64,000 nt of DNA from an uncultured virus (IMG/VR IMGVR_UViG_3300042197_001183) (taxonomy: Duplodnaviria; Heunggongvirae; Uroviricota; Caudoviricetes): IMG/VR virus record IMGVR_UViG_3300042197_001183; one strand, written 5' to 3'. The position numbers and the translations under genes were made by a program. Shown piece by piece: positions 9,855-19,160 of the stretch. Every line of letters starts with the position of its first letter. Position 1 is the first letter of the stretch. The notes below the pieces were generated by a model, which ran no database searches, had not been told where the DNA came from, and saw only the letters and a list, made by a program, of their open reading frames with translations.

Positions 9855-10634
9855 TTAATTTTCTAAATAATTTATATCTCTTACGTTTTTAAAGAAAAAT
9901 TCTTTTTTGGCCGTATCTAACCAAAATTTAACTTCATTTGAACTTAACTTGTCGTTTTCTGAGTTTTTATAATTCCAAAACAAAGATTCTTCTCTAAAAT
10001 TAACGTGTTGGTATCCAACTCTTGGTATGGTCATAATTTTTAAATTATTAAATGTTAATCTTAACAAAAATTCATATCCAAATGTCAATTTAATATTTTC
10101 TTTTAATTTACCATATTCTTTTATTTTTGATGTTCTGTATAGACCACCAGATATTTGAAAATTTTGATATTCTAAAAGAGCTTCATTATTTAAAAATCCT
10201 TGATTTTCGGTAAAACCATACGCCCAAGTAGATTCGTTTGTGTAACTTAAAAAGTTACCTTCAACATTTATATCTTTAACTAGTGAAAGAAAAACATCGA
10301 CATCGGGATTTTCATTTGAATAATCGTTTACCAATTTTATCCAATTTTTATTATATTCATCATCAATCTCTAAAATAGAAAACCATTCAGTATCACATTT
10401 ATCAATACCTAAATTTACTTGACTACAAAAATCGGTCTTACCTTTATTTTCTATAATTACATATTCTAAATTTGTTTGGTCGATTTTAATATTTGAAGAT
10501 ACATTTTTTGGTGATACAATAAATAATTTCACATCGTTATAAAATCTCTCAACAGATTTAAACGCATTATCAAACATTATTTTATATTCTTCGTTCCATT
10601 TATGAACAGGTAATATGATAGTTATATTTTTCAT
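9855..10634 (-). CDS. Glycosyltransferase family 2 (GT-A fold)
   Basis: ITIILPVH start, NLGIDKCDTEWFSILEIDDEY (DxD-like) motif. Confidence 0.8.
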   Translation of the reverse strand: MKNITIILPVHKWNEEYKIMFDNAFKSVERFYNDVKLFIVSPKNVSSNIKIDQTNLEYVIIENKGKTDFCSQVNLGIDKCDTEWFSILEIDDEYNKNWIKLVNDYSNENPDVDVFLSLVKDINVEGNFLSYTNESTWAYGFTENQGFLNNEALLEYQNFQISGGLYRTSKIKEYGKLKENIKLTFGYEFLLRLTFNNLKIMTIPRVGYQHVNFREESLFWNYKNSENDKLSSNEVKFWLDTAKKEFFFKNVRDINYLEN

Positions 10635-11737
10635 TGTGTTTCTTGTATTTCTTTATCCGAATCTAATATAGAATCAAATTCTTCTTTAATTTTTGATAAC
10701 GCATTTTTGATATTATCAATTCTTTTATTAATAAACGAATCAAAAATGTTTACAATATTATTTTTAGTGATATCTGTTGAATATGGTAATAAAGTATCTT
10801 TCATTTTTTGTTTAACATCATCATTAATTTCAACACCTTCTAACCAAGCGATAACATATGTACCTAATATTTCAACAATTTTAGATTCATCGTAGGTCCA
10901 CATTCCGTTTTCTGATAGCCAATCAGGTTCATTCTTTGGTATTTTTCCAACTATTGGTACTTCACATTTCATAGACTCTAATGGAAACGTCCCAAAAGTT
11001 GAATCATCATCGACCCATACGGATACCATACATTCTTTTAATCCATTTGAAAAGTCAACATATGACATGTTTATCATGTCTCTAAATGTAATCCATCGTA
11101 GGTGTGGATATTTTATATAAAATTCAGATATTATTTTTTTATTTATTGACCTGTCTTTACATAAAATTGCAATTATTGGTTTAGGTAAGGTTTCACTTTT
11201 AGAAAATTCATCTCCAATAATTGGTGGAATAATATGAACTAAACATTCGTTAAATAAATTATTAATGTATTTTTTTGAAAATTCAGTAGTTGTAATTACC
11301 CTATCAAATCCATAGTCAGACCATCTACTACCAATTGGTAGTGTTTCAAAAATATATTCTTTTTGTTGAACTAACATAATTTTCACACATCGGATATTTG
11401 CCAAAGATTCTAAAACATTTGAATAGTATTCGGGGACAACAATAATATCCTCAATTTTAATTTCAACTCTATCGTCCTTAATTGTCACAACCTCTAAATC
11501 CGAGTATTTATCTCCTAGCCACTCAGAAACTCCGGTGTAGGTTTTATCTTCTACTAAAATTTTTACATTAAAATTTTCATTTTTTAATGTGGACGCTAAA
11601 TCATATATGTATTTAACAGATGCTCTTGGATTGTTTTTAGTGTCGTAAACTAAAAAATAAATTACGTTTGTTTTATTATATAAATTTTCTAGCGAAGTAG
11701 ATAATTTTTCAATATTTTCATTATTTTTATTCATCAT
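10631..11737 (-). CDS. Glycosyltransferase, GT-B fold (GT4-like)
   Basis: C-terminal STFGTFPLESMKCEVPIVG resembles the ExFGxxxxEAMxxGxPVV motif; DIIVVPE. Confidence 0.7.
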   Translation of the reverse strand: MMNKNNENIEKLSTSLENLYNKTNVIYFLVYDTKNNPRASVKYIYDLASTLKNENFNVKILVEDKTYTGVSEWLGDKYSDLEVVTIKDDRVEIKIEDIIVVPEYYSNVLESLANIRCVKIMLVQQKEYIFETLPIGSRWSDYGFDRVITTTEFSKKYINNLFNECLVHIIPPIIGDEFSKSETLPKPIIAILCKDRSINKKIISEFYIKYPHLRWITFRDMINMSYVDFSNGLKECMVSVWVDDDSTFGTFPLESMKCEVPIVGKIPKNEPDWLSENGMWTYDESKIVEILGTYVIAWLEGVEINDDVKQKMKDTLLPYSTDITKNNIVNIFDSFINKRIDNIKNALSKIKEEFDSILDSDKEIQETQ

Positions 11738-12008
11738 CTGATATTAAGATATCGTATTTTATTAAAGTGTTAAATGCAATTTTAAATGATAACGTTAAAT
11801 TATTTTGTGCAAATGGTCCCAACTCATCATCAACTTCTGTAAATTCACTCAAAATTCTTTCAACACAAGATTTTATTATTTCATATTTAAATAAATTTAT
11901 TTCCAAAGTTGTTGTCCCATCTTCATTTGTGACGTGATTACCTGTTTGACATTTTTGACTAATTCCATCAACGTCGATAAAATAGTTTTTTCCGAGTATT
12001 TCAACCAT
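11727..12008 (-). CDS. Hypothetical protein (93 aa)
   Basis: ORF within the operon, overlapping both neighbours. Confidence 0.65.
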   Translation of the reverse strand: MVEILGKNYFIDVDGISQKCQTGNHVTNEDGTTTLEINLFKYEIIKSCVERILSEFTEVDDELGPFAQNNLTLSFKIAFNTLIKYDILISDDE

Positions 12009-12583
12009 ATTTTGTTTATTTCTGATAATTTACCGATTTCTAAATTAATTTTGTAGTGATTATTATAATATGTATTAAATTTAATAACTTTTTTGTTTTT
12101 TGGACATTTGTAAATAACATTAAAATCGTCTGTTATCCAAATATCACATTTTTTCCACAACTCATCAATTTCAGAATCTTTTGAGAAAATCACTTGGTCC
12201 ATCATTATTCCATTTTTTGAAATAAAAAAAAGAGAAGCGGATTTCGCTTTACCTTTTTCATTTAAACCTATTAAAGTAAATCGAGAATTTGGTTGTTCAA
12301 CGATTAATTTATTTAAATCAGTTGCTGCTTGACTATAACTCAAACCAGCATGACCAAAAATTTCAATAGGAAAATCAAAATAAATAAATTTATTAAATTC
12401 TTCTAACGATTGAAAAGTATATGAATCAATTATTTTTTGAAAAGAATCAGGTGTTTTTTTTACTTTATATTCAAAAGTCTCCTTTTCCGTTGATTCAGTA
12501 TTTAAAAAATAATCTTTATAATGATAATCAAATTTTTGAATAGTATTACGAAGGACACCATCAATACTTACAAATATTTCCAT
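11897..12583 (-). CDS. HAD-family 5'(3')-deoxyribonucleotidase-like protein with an altered catalytic motif
   Basis: IFVSIDGVLRN (normally DxDGVL), K..SLFF, CDIWITDD, FNTYYN; start probably at the second Met. Confidence 0.65.
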   Translation of the reverse strand: MEIFVSIDGVLRNTIQKFDYHYKDYFLNTESTEKETFEYKVKKTPDSFQKIIDSYTFQSLEEFNKFIYFDFPIEIFGHAGLSYSQAATDLNKLIVEQPNSRFTLIGLNEKGKAKSASLFFISKNGIMMDQVIFSKDSEIDELWKKCDIWITDDFNVIYKCPKNKKVIKFNTYYNNHYKINLEIGKLSEINKIWLKYSEKTILSTLMELVKNVKQVITSQMKMGQQLWK

Positions 12584-12620
12584 GCACACAATATAATATT
12601 AAATTATATATATGTAAAGT

Positions 12621-13337
12621 TTAATCGTATCTCCTTAGTATTTCCGTAATTAATGGGTTTCTGACAATGTCTTTATCATCGAATTCGAAAATACCGACAT
12701 TTGGTAAATCACCTAACCTTACTTTCGCGTCATATAAACCTGTTTTTGTCTTATCTTTAAATTTATCCGATTGTTCTAAATCACCAGAAATAAAAAATTT
12801 AGAGTTAAATCCAATCCTTGTTAATAAAAGTTTCATTTGAGAAGGTGTCGTATTTTGTGCTTCTTCAAAAACTAATATTGTATTATCAACATTCCACCCC
12901 CTCATATAGGCCAATGCCGCAATTTCAATAAACCCCTCGTCTTTTAATTTTTCTCTTGCATCTTTACCTATTATTTTATTCAACAAATAATATGAAGGGT
13001 AGATATACGGGTCTAATTTTTCTTCCAATCCTCCTGGTAATGAGCCCAATTTTTCTTCCGCCTCAACCGCGGGCCTAACAATAATTATTTTTTCGTATTT
13101 ATTTCTATCGTCCCACAATAAATCAATTGCTCTTTTCATTGCAATATACGATTTGCCCACACCTGCGGGGCCAAAACATAATGTTATTTCATTATTAGTC
13201 AATATTTCCCAATACTTTTCTTGATTTTTTGTTAAAAACTTTTCTTTTGGTTGTTTAATAATGTCCCTAATTCTTTGTTTTTTAGGTGTTTGTTTATTTT
13301 CTATGTTTACCGGTATTTTTAATACTGACTTTCTCAA
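12621..13337 (-). CDS. phoH: PhoH-family ATPase
   Basis: GPAGVGKS, RPAVEAEEKLGSLPG, LAYMRG, EEAQN, LLTRIG, GDLEQSD, DIVRNPLI. Confidence 0.95.
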   Translation of the reverse strand: MRKSVLKIPVNIENKQTPKKQRIRDIIKQPKEKFLTKNQEKYWEILTNNEITLCFGPAGVGKSYIAMKRAIDLLWDDRNKYEKIIIVRPAVEAEEKLGSLPGGLEEKLDPYIYPSYYLLNKIIGKDAREKLKDEGFIEIAALAYMRGWNVDNTILVFEEAQNTTPSQMKLLLTRIGFNSKFFISGDLEQSDKFKDKTKTGLYDAKVRLGDLPNVGIFEFDDKDIVRNPLITEILRRYD

Positions 13338-13364
13338 TTTAATAATATTTTATATTTTAATCAT

Positions 13365-13964
13365 TTATTTTCCTGTACTTCCAAATCCACCATCACCTCG
13401 TTCTGATTCCGATAGTTCATCAACTTCAACAAATGTAACGGAGGGATAAGGAATAATTATTATTTGAACAATCCTATCTCCAATCTGATATTTATCTGAT
13501 TCACCACCTTTTAACCAATTAGTTTTTTTGAACGTCGCTTGTAATTCACCTCTATACCCACTATCAATTACACCCACACAATTTGATAACGATAAATCAT
13601 ATTTTCTAATAGATGAGCGAGGAAACACTAACCCAACATAACCTTTTGGGATTTCCATCGAAATTCCTGTACCATAAGTAACATCGGTTGTGGTTTCAGA
13701 TAAAATCGATGTGGCAACTAAATCCATACCAGCATCACCATCTTTTGCGTACTCGGGAATCACGGCATTTGGATGTAGTTTTTTTACTTTTACTTCAAAT
13801 TTATTTACGTCCTGTTCTATTTGTGATTTTATATCTTGACCAAGATTAGATAACAGACCATTTAACTCATTCATGAAACTTGAATCAGTTTGTTCATCTT
13901 GCAAAATTTCATTTTCTAAATCTTGCAATTTTTTAATATATTCTTCAATTTGATTTTTGTGCAT
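13365..13964 (-). CDS. dut: Trimeric dUTPase with an N-terminal helical extension
   Basis: All five motifs: DAGMDL, PRSS, GVIDSGYRGE, GDRIVQ, RGDGGFGSTG. Confidence 0.95.
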   Translation of the reverse strand: MHKNQIEEYIKKLQDLENEILQDEQTDSSFMNELNGLLSNLGQDIKSQIEQDVNKFEVKVKKLHPNAVIPEYAKDGDAGMDLVATSILSETTTDVTYGTGISMEIPKGYVGLVFPRSSIRKYDLSLSNCVGVIDSGYRGELQATFKKTNWLKGGESDKYQIGDRIVQIIIIPYPSVTFVEVDELSESERGDGGFGSTGK

Positions 13965-14517
13965 TTTTTTCTTCTAAAATTGCTAATTCAAAACCGATTC
14001 TAACCACATTAGATAAATTAGATGCTCGGTATTTTATTAGTTTATCTTCGGTATCTCTATCTGAATTTAAAATTGTTTGAAATTCTTCTTCAGATAGTTG
14101 AATACCAAATCTTAAAATATAATGGACAGACCTTTCATTTGATTTCAACGAAACTTCACTATCTGTAAATTCATACATTTTACCTAAATTTTTCCTATGC
14201 CATTCACTTGGGTTTGGTTTAAACAAAAAACTTTTTCCAATTTGTGATAAAAACACACACTTCAATATTGAAGATTGGGATTGTTTCATATTATCAGGTA
14301 AAATATCGTTTGTTTTAATTGCATATTTTGCCGCTTTAAAACATACATTTAATAGTCCACCTGGATAACAACCAAACATGTCTAAGGACATAGAAGATGG
14401 TGAAATAAAAAATTCCTCACCTAAAAAATCTAATAATTCTTGATTAAAAAGATTATACTTGGTGTTTGTTTCTAAGAATTTCTTCTTATTTGATTCGATT
14501 TGTTCTTTGTTTAACAT
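13945..14517 (-). CDS. Degenerate HD-domain (YhaM-like) protein
   Basis: SPSS..YPGGLL..FLSQIGK matches the spacing of APAS..H..GGL..H..LHDIGK but lacks the metal ligands. Confidence 0.6.
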   Translation of the reverse strand: MLNKEQIESNKKKFLETNTKYNLFNQELLDFLGEEFFISPSSMSLDMFGCYPGGLLNVCFKAAKYAIKTNDILPDNMKQSQSSILKCVFLSQIGKSFLFKPNPSEWHRKNLGKMYEFTDSEVSLKSNERSVHYILRFGIQLSEEEFQTILNSDRDTEDKLIKYRASNLSNVVRIGFELAILEEKNAQKSN

Positions 14518-14520
14518 TTT

Positions 14521-14754
14521 TTATTTTTTATAGTATTCGGGAGTGTTTTTTTGGTCAATAATACATTCAATCGGCATTTTTACAATTGCCAAACTTTCTG
14601 AAGGTCTCATGTCACCGGTTCTGTATTTAGAAACAACAAGAGTCGCTTCTTCAACAGAATCCGCTTCAACGATGTACTTTAGTTTTTGTAATCTCGGATT
14701 ACCATTCCTGTCTAAATTTTCGGTTTCATAACCGACTGTTACTAAGTAGTGCAT
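14521..14754 (-). CDS. DUF4494-like small protein
   Basis: V.YE..NG..QKLKYIVEADSVEEA pattern resembles the Bacteroidota DUF4494 N-terminus. Confidence 0.55.
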   Translation of the reverse strand: MHYLVTVGYETENLDRNGNPRLQKLKYIVEADSVEEATLVVSKYRTGDMRPSESLAIVKMPIECIIDQKNTPEYYKK

Positions 14755-14776
14755 TTTTGTTTTTTTGTTTTTAAGT

Positions 14777-15997
14777 TTAAATAATTGATTTGAAAAATTC
14801 CGTTCTGTCTTTACAAACTTTTTGTAAAGAATATTTGTCTTTTACAGTTTCATAAAGTTTGTTACCTAAATCTTCTATCATGTTTGGATTTTTAATTAAC
14901 AACTTCATATATTTCGCCCAAAGTTTGTGTCCCTTTTTTTGTGGTACAGTTAATGCGTTTCCTTCATTAACAAAATTCCCATCTTTATATGCGTTTTTTA
15001 AATCAAATGTATATGGTGCGGTTTCACTTGCAATAATTGGTTTTTTATGGAAACCAGATTCGATTATTTTTAATTGTGATTTATTTGCATTAAAATCCGA
15101 CTCTAATACGGGAGCCAAAGAAACATCAAATAAATTGTAGTTATTACCATAAGTGTTAATGGGCTGGGTCCATACTCTTCTATATTTTTTATTTGATGAA
15201 TCAACTTCAGGTGATTGTATAAAATTCATTAAATAAGATTTGTATTCATCATCAATACTTCTATAGTTATTTGTAAAAATTTTTTCATATTTAAACCACA
15301 CAGTCTCTTCAGGTTTAATTGGTCTCGTCTTTTTTTCCCCTGTTTGTGGATTAAATTCTGTTACGTTTCCTCTTAAGTCAAATCCACATAAAACAAATTG
15401 TACATTGTCATAATCGGTTGAAATTATTGATATTCCGTCAGTTAAAAGTTCTAAATCATGTAAGTGACTTGACCCACCCAACCATCCAAATCTGATTCTA
15501 TCAGATTTTATTGTTTTTGATTGAAATTGAGTTTCGTTGGAATCTATTGCATTTGGGAAAACAAATACATTTTTATTGCCTGTTTTATTTTTTATACTAT
15601 TTGCGAAAAAATCGGTAGTGCAAGTAATGTAATCTGAAATTTTCATTAGTTCCAATTTCTTTTTTGGTAATTGACTTTCTTTAATTGCCAAATACATTGG
15701 ATGTCTAAAGTCAGGAGACCAATAGTCATCAATATCCATGACCACTTTTATTCCTTGTGATTTTAAAAATTGAATTCGTTCTATATTTTGTTCATGCGTA
15801 TTTTGATGTATAAAACTATGAAAAACGACCACATCGTAGTTTTTAAAAAAATTATCACCATCTGTCACATTAAAAGATATATCAATATGAAATTCATCGG
15901 AATAATTGTCACCAATAAATTTAAAAGGGTCAAGTATTCTATATTTTCCAACACCATGTGTGTCGGGGGCTATTGCTAATATTCTTATCTTATTCAT
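14777..15997 (-). CDS. Glycosyltransferase, GT-B fold
   Basis: GVGKYRI..P, VMDIDDYW, RFGWLGGSSHLHDL, DVSLAPV..FN..KSQLKIIESG..PIIAS. Confidence 0.85.
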   Translation of the reverse strand: MNKIRILAIAPDTHGVGKYRILDPFKFIGDNYSDEFHIDISFNVTDGDNFFKNYDVVVFHSFIHQNTHEQNIERIQFLKSQGIKVVMDIDDYWSPDFRHPMYLAIKESQLPKKKLELMKISDYITCTTDFFANSIKNKTGNKNVFVFPNAIDSNETQFQSKTIKSDRIRFGWLGGSSHLHDLELLTDGISIISTDYDNVQFVLCGFDLRGNVTEFNPQTGEKKTRPIKPEETVWFKYEKIFTNNYRSIDDEYKSYLMNFIQSPEVDSSNKKYRRVWTQPINTYGNNYNLFDVSLAPVLESDFNANKSQLKIIESGFHKKPIIASETAPYTFDLKNAYKDGNFVNEGNALTVPQKKGHKLWAKYMKLLIKNPNMIEDLGNKLYETVKDKYSLQKVCKDRTEFFKSII

Positions 15998-16015
15998 TTA
16001 TATTTCTGTATATGG

Positions 16016-16047
16016 GAAATATATGAAAAAAAAATCAAAAAAACAAA
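16016..16047 (-). promoter_or_regulatory. Putative early/host-RNAP promoter
   Basis: Minus strand TTTG-N20-TATATTTC upstream of the glycosyltransferase operon; similar to sites before polB and ssb. Confidence 0.4.
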
Positions 16048-16635
16048 TTATTTTGATTTATTGACCCCTGTAATTTTTCCTTTGAATATTGAATCACCAA
16101 CCTTTAATACCAAATTTTCATTAATTGATAATGTTTGTTGTGCGGTAAGTATTTGATTTAATTTTGAATCTAAAATTTCAGTTACAGTTTTTCTAACCAC
16201 ATTTTCAATAATTGGAGTTAGTTGTTTAATTAAATCAGGGTTACTTGTTTGAGTTGATTGTGTTTTATTGGTTTTTGTTGGTATACCTTGTGATTCCATT
16301 AATTTTTTTGTTTTCTCGATAAAATTTAAGTCTAAAGAATCGGATAAACTAATTTGTGGAATTGGGTTTTCAATCATTGCTTTTTTAATTGCATCAGGTA
16401 ATTTTGATTCTTGAATTTTTTGTAAATTAGGAACCGGCGGATTTGGTTTTTGTGCCCAAACCTGTTCTAATGATTGATTGTTCATTAACTCTTCCGGGTC
16501 ACTTCTTAATATATTTTCATTTACAACTCCTCTTTCAAAGTTGCCTGTTTCTACTTTCTGCATTACTTTTTTGGCTTGTACTAACTTCTGCATTAAATCA
16601 TTTGTACTTATTGTGCCATTTCCTCTATGTTCCAT
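16048..16635 (-). CDS. Hypothetical protein (195 aa)
   Basis: ORF with SKLPDAIKKAMIENP module and repeated (I/L/V)xE motifs. Confidence 0.7.
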   Translation of the reverse strand: MEHRGNGTISTNDLMQKLVQAKKVMQKVETGNFERGVVNENILRSDPEELMNNQSLEQVWAQKPNPPVPNLQKIQESKLPDAIKKAMIENPIPQISLSDSLDLNFIEKTKKLMESQGIPTKTNKTQSTQTSNPDLIKQLTPIIENVVRKTVTEILDSKLNQILTAQQTLSINENLVLKVGDSIFKGKITGVNKSK

Positions 16636-16653
16636 AACTATAATATAATTATT

Positions 16654-17496
16654 TTAAAAAAAAATTAAAGTCTTAATTCTTAAAATTTCTTCTTGCAATG
16701 GAATTAATGTCTCGTCTTTTTTCATCTGTATGTTGTTTTTCTTTAAAAGTTGAGCTAAATCAAATTCCGATTCTTTTTCAAATTTTCTTCTTGTACCCTC
16801 CCCTGGTGTGGTATTTAATCCCAATTCTAATTGTGATTTTTTCCAATCTTCAATTCTTTTTTTATATAAATCATCAATCCCCATTTTAAAATCATCGGGA
16901 GTCAATATTTTTTCACCATTAATTGTTTTTACTTTTTTCTCTAAATCGCCGAAAATTTCATTCTCTCTTTTAAAATCTTGAGTAGGTAGTGGTGTTGGTT
17001 TTTCTTTTGGTTTTGGTTGGGGTAATTCATCTTTTTTTGGTTCAACAGGTTTTGTTGTTGGTTCAGGTGTGGGTTTTTCTGTTTTAGGTTGTCTAATGGC
17101 TCCCCAATCACTTGTTACATATGTCACTGAAAAACCACCATCATCCCCTTCTTTATAGTCGGGTCTTTTTGTTGAAAATTGTTCATCTTCATATATAACT
17201 AAAGAACCCATAGATATTCTTTCAATTAAAAAAGTTCTCCATCCGTGTTTTTGAAAACCCTTTTTAGATGTTGATGGTGGTTGAACCCATCCTCTAACCG
17301 CTAAATTTCCTTTTTTTGTTAATCCCGACGCAACCAATTCAACCCTTACTCGTCTACCGGCTAAAACATCTTTAGGTGGACCTTTATAATAAAAAGAAAC
17401 GGGTAATCTATTTTTTATTGCGTACTCCAATCTAGTCCTAATACTTGTTTTAGGATTTTCTTCTAAAATGTGTAATAAGGATATATTATTTTTCAT
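16654..17496 (-). CDS. WYL-domain protein with a Pro/Lys-rich linker
   Basis: AIKNRLPVSFYY..GRRVRVELVASG..VRGW..GWRTFLIERI is a WYL signature; ends LQEEILRIKTLIFF. Confidence 0.75.
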   Translation of the reverse strand: MKNNISLLHILEENPKTSIRTRLEYAIKNRLPVSFYYKGPPKDVLAGRRVRVELVASGLTKKGNLAVRGWVQPPSTSKKGFQKHGWRTFLIERISMGSLVIYEDEQFSTKRPDYKEGDDGGFSVTYVTSDWGAIRQPKTEKPTPEPTTKPVEPKKDELPQPKPKEKPTPLPTQDFKRENEIFGDLEKKVKTINGEKILTPDDFKMGIDDLYKKRIEDWKKSQLELGLNTTPGEGTRRKFEKESEFDLAQLLKKNNIQMKKDETLIPLQEEILRIKTLIFF

Positions 17497-17873
17497 TAAA
17501 AATCGGGATATGGTCGATTATCCCCATATTTATTTTTGGCTTGTGATGTAATTCTTTCGCCAATATCTGTTTTTGTACCAACACTAGTATTAAATTCACC
17601 TCTACCTTTTTCATCTCCATCTGATAATGCGTTTTTATTTACGGAAGAATATTCATTATTTGGCCCATATAAATTTCGAGCCTGTAATGTAATCCTTTCT
17701 CTTATGTCGGTTTTTGTTCCAATACTTCCGTTATTTTCACCTCTACCCCTATCATCACCATCCGATAATGCACCGGTGTTTGATGAATCGTACAAATCAC
17801 CATAGTTATATTCATTTCTGGCCAATAAAATGTTTCTTTCTCTATCGCCAATTGTTTCTAATTGTGTTGCCAT
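17496..17873 (-). CDS. Hypothetical protein with an internal duplication
   Basis: Two copies of ARN.Y...Y......ALSDGD..GRGE.N.S(I/V)GTKTDI.ERIT.QA. Confidence 0.75.
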   Translation of the reverse strand: MATQLETIGDRERNILLARNEYNYGDLYDSSNTGALSDGDDRGRGENNGSIGTKTDIRERITLQARNLYGPNNEYSSVNKNALSDGDEKGRGEFNTSVGTKTDIGERITSQAKNKYGDNRPYPDF

Positions 17874-17874
17874 A

Positions 17875-18363
17875 CTAATAAGTTATTAATTTTTTTATTT
17901 TGTCAAGTTCCTCAAATAATTTTAATGAGGATATACTTGTTTTATTTGAATTACTTTTTATTAAATTTGTTGGTATTCTAAAATTAAATCTTTTTTTGTG
18001 TTTACTTAAATGTGAATTTTTTCTTTCGCCATTCATATCAATCATATCATCTGATTTCATTTTTGAATCTTTTCTATTAGAAATCAAATCTCTCTCACCT
18101 TTTAAAAATTGAATCGCCCATTTTTCCATTAATTCTCCACCACACAAATCATATTTTAATCTATCTTTTATTTTATCAATATTTTTTATATCGTGTATTA
18201 TTCTTTTTAATTGTCCATACTTGACTTTTTTATCCAACAAAAGTTTTTTTGCACGTTGAATTCCTCTTACATTTTTTCCACTTAAACCGGTAATAGTGTG
18301 GTTTATTGTTTTTAAAATGTCTTGAGGGATATCAAAAACCCTATCTTTTAAATCTTTATTCAT
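17875..18363 (-). CDS. Hypothetical basic protein
   Basis: 162-aa ORF ending LFEELDKIKKLITY. Confidence 0.7.
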   Translation of the reverse strand: MNKDLKDRVFDIPQDILKTINHTITGLSGKNVRGIQRAKKLLLDKKVKYGQLKRIIHDIKNIDKIKDRLKYDLCGGELMEKWAIQFLKGERDLISNRKDSKMKSDDMIDMNGERKNSHLSKHKKRFNFRIPTNLIKSNSNKTSISSLKLFEELDKIKKLITY

Positions 18364-19105
18364 CGTCTTTGCTTAATAATTTAAGAACATCTTTTACTGA
18401 AAGATTATTCTTAACTAAAGTTTTTTTAAGTGCGGACACTTGTTTTTTGATTATTGGTTGTAGTTCGGAATCAACATCTTCTGTTTGGTCTTTTTTAACT
18501 AAATCACTATTTTGAGTTCTTTTTGATAAAACACTTTCAACATAATCCTCGACATATTTTTTAGGGTTTTCAATTAATCTAACTTTATCCCCTTTTAAGT
18601 CATCATCATACCCGTATGAAGATAATCTTTCCTCCGTTTCTTTATCGTCTAAACCTAAATTATCTTTAAAATAGTCTTCAGCATTCTCAATATCTGCATC
18701 TTGACCTAATGTTTTTTTATATCCTAACGCCTTACTCAAATCGGATTCCGCCCAATATTTTAACGAAGTGTGTGTACCATGAACACCATGTGTTCCCATT
18801 TGACCTGCAGATGTTTTAACCGCTTGGTCTGTTGTTGTTTTGGATGCACCTTTACTATCTTTAGTTTTTGGTATTTTATTTACACCGATGTTCCCTTTTA
18901 AATCAACAATTTCCTCAACTTCTTTTTCAACTTCATCTGGTAATTTTTTAAAATCAGTATCACTAGAAAATTCTTTAGCCCATTTTGACCATTTTTTTCT
19001 TTCTTTTTTGGGAATAGATTCGTCCGACGCCTTTGCATAAAAATATCTTTGTTGTTTTTTTGATGCAAATTTTTCCTCAATTATTGATTTTATATAGTTA
19101 TCCAT
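18356..19105 (-). CDS. Hypothetical protein, putative head-internal protein
   Basis: IIEEKFASKKQQRYFYA..KKLP module; first gene of a leftward late operon. Confidence 0.7.
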   Translation of the reverse strand: MDNYIKSIIEEKFASKKQQRYFYAKASDESIPKKERKKWSKWAKEFSSDTDFKKLPDEVEKEVEEIVDLKGNIGVNKIPKTKDSKGASKTTTDQAVKTSAGQMGTHGVHGTHTSLKYWAESDLSKALGYKKTLGQDADIENAEDYFKDNLGLDDKETEERLSSYGYDDDLKGDKVRLIENPKKYVEDYVESVLSKRTQNSDLVKKDQTEDVDSELQPIIKKQVSALKKTLVKNNLSVKDVLKLLSKDDE

Positions 19106-19123
19106 ATAATTATTACTTTAATA

Positions 19124-19154
19124 ATAAATATCAAAAGAAAGGAAAGATATTTAT
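19124..19154. promoter_or_regulatory. Divergent pair of putative late promoters (TATTTAT on each strand)
   Basis: ATAAATA at 19124-19130 (TATTTAT on minus) and TATTTAT at 19148-19154, at the main strand switch. Confidence 0.55.
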
Positions 19155-19160
19155 AATATT

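Noticed and set aside
1214..13964. Uracil-containing genome
   Set aside because: An intact dUTPase together with dCMP deaminase points to dUMP/dTMP supply rather than dU incorporation.
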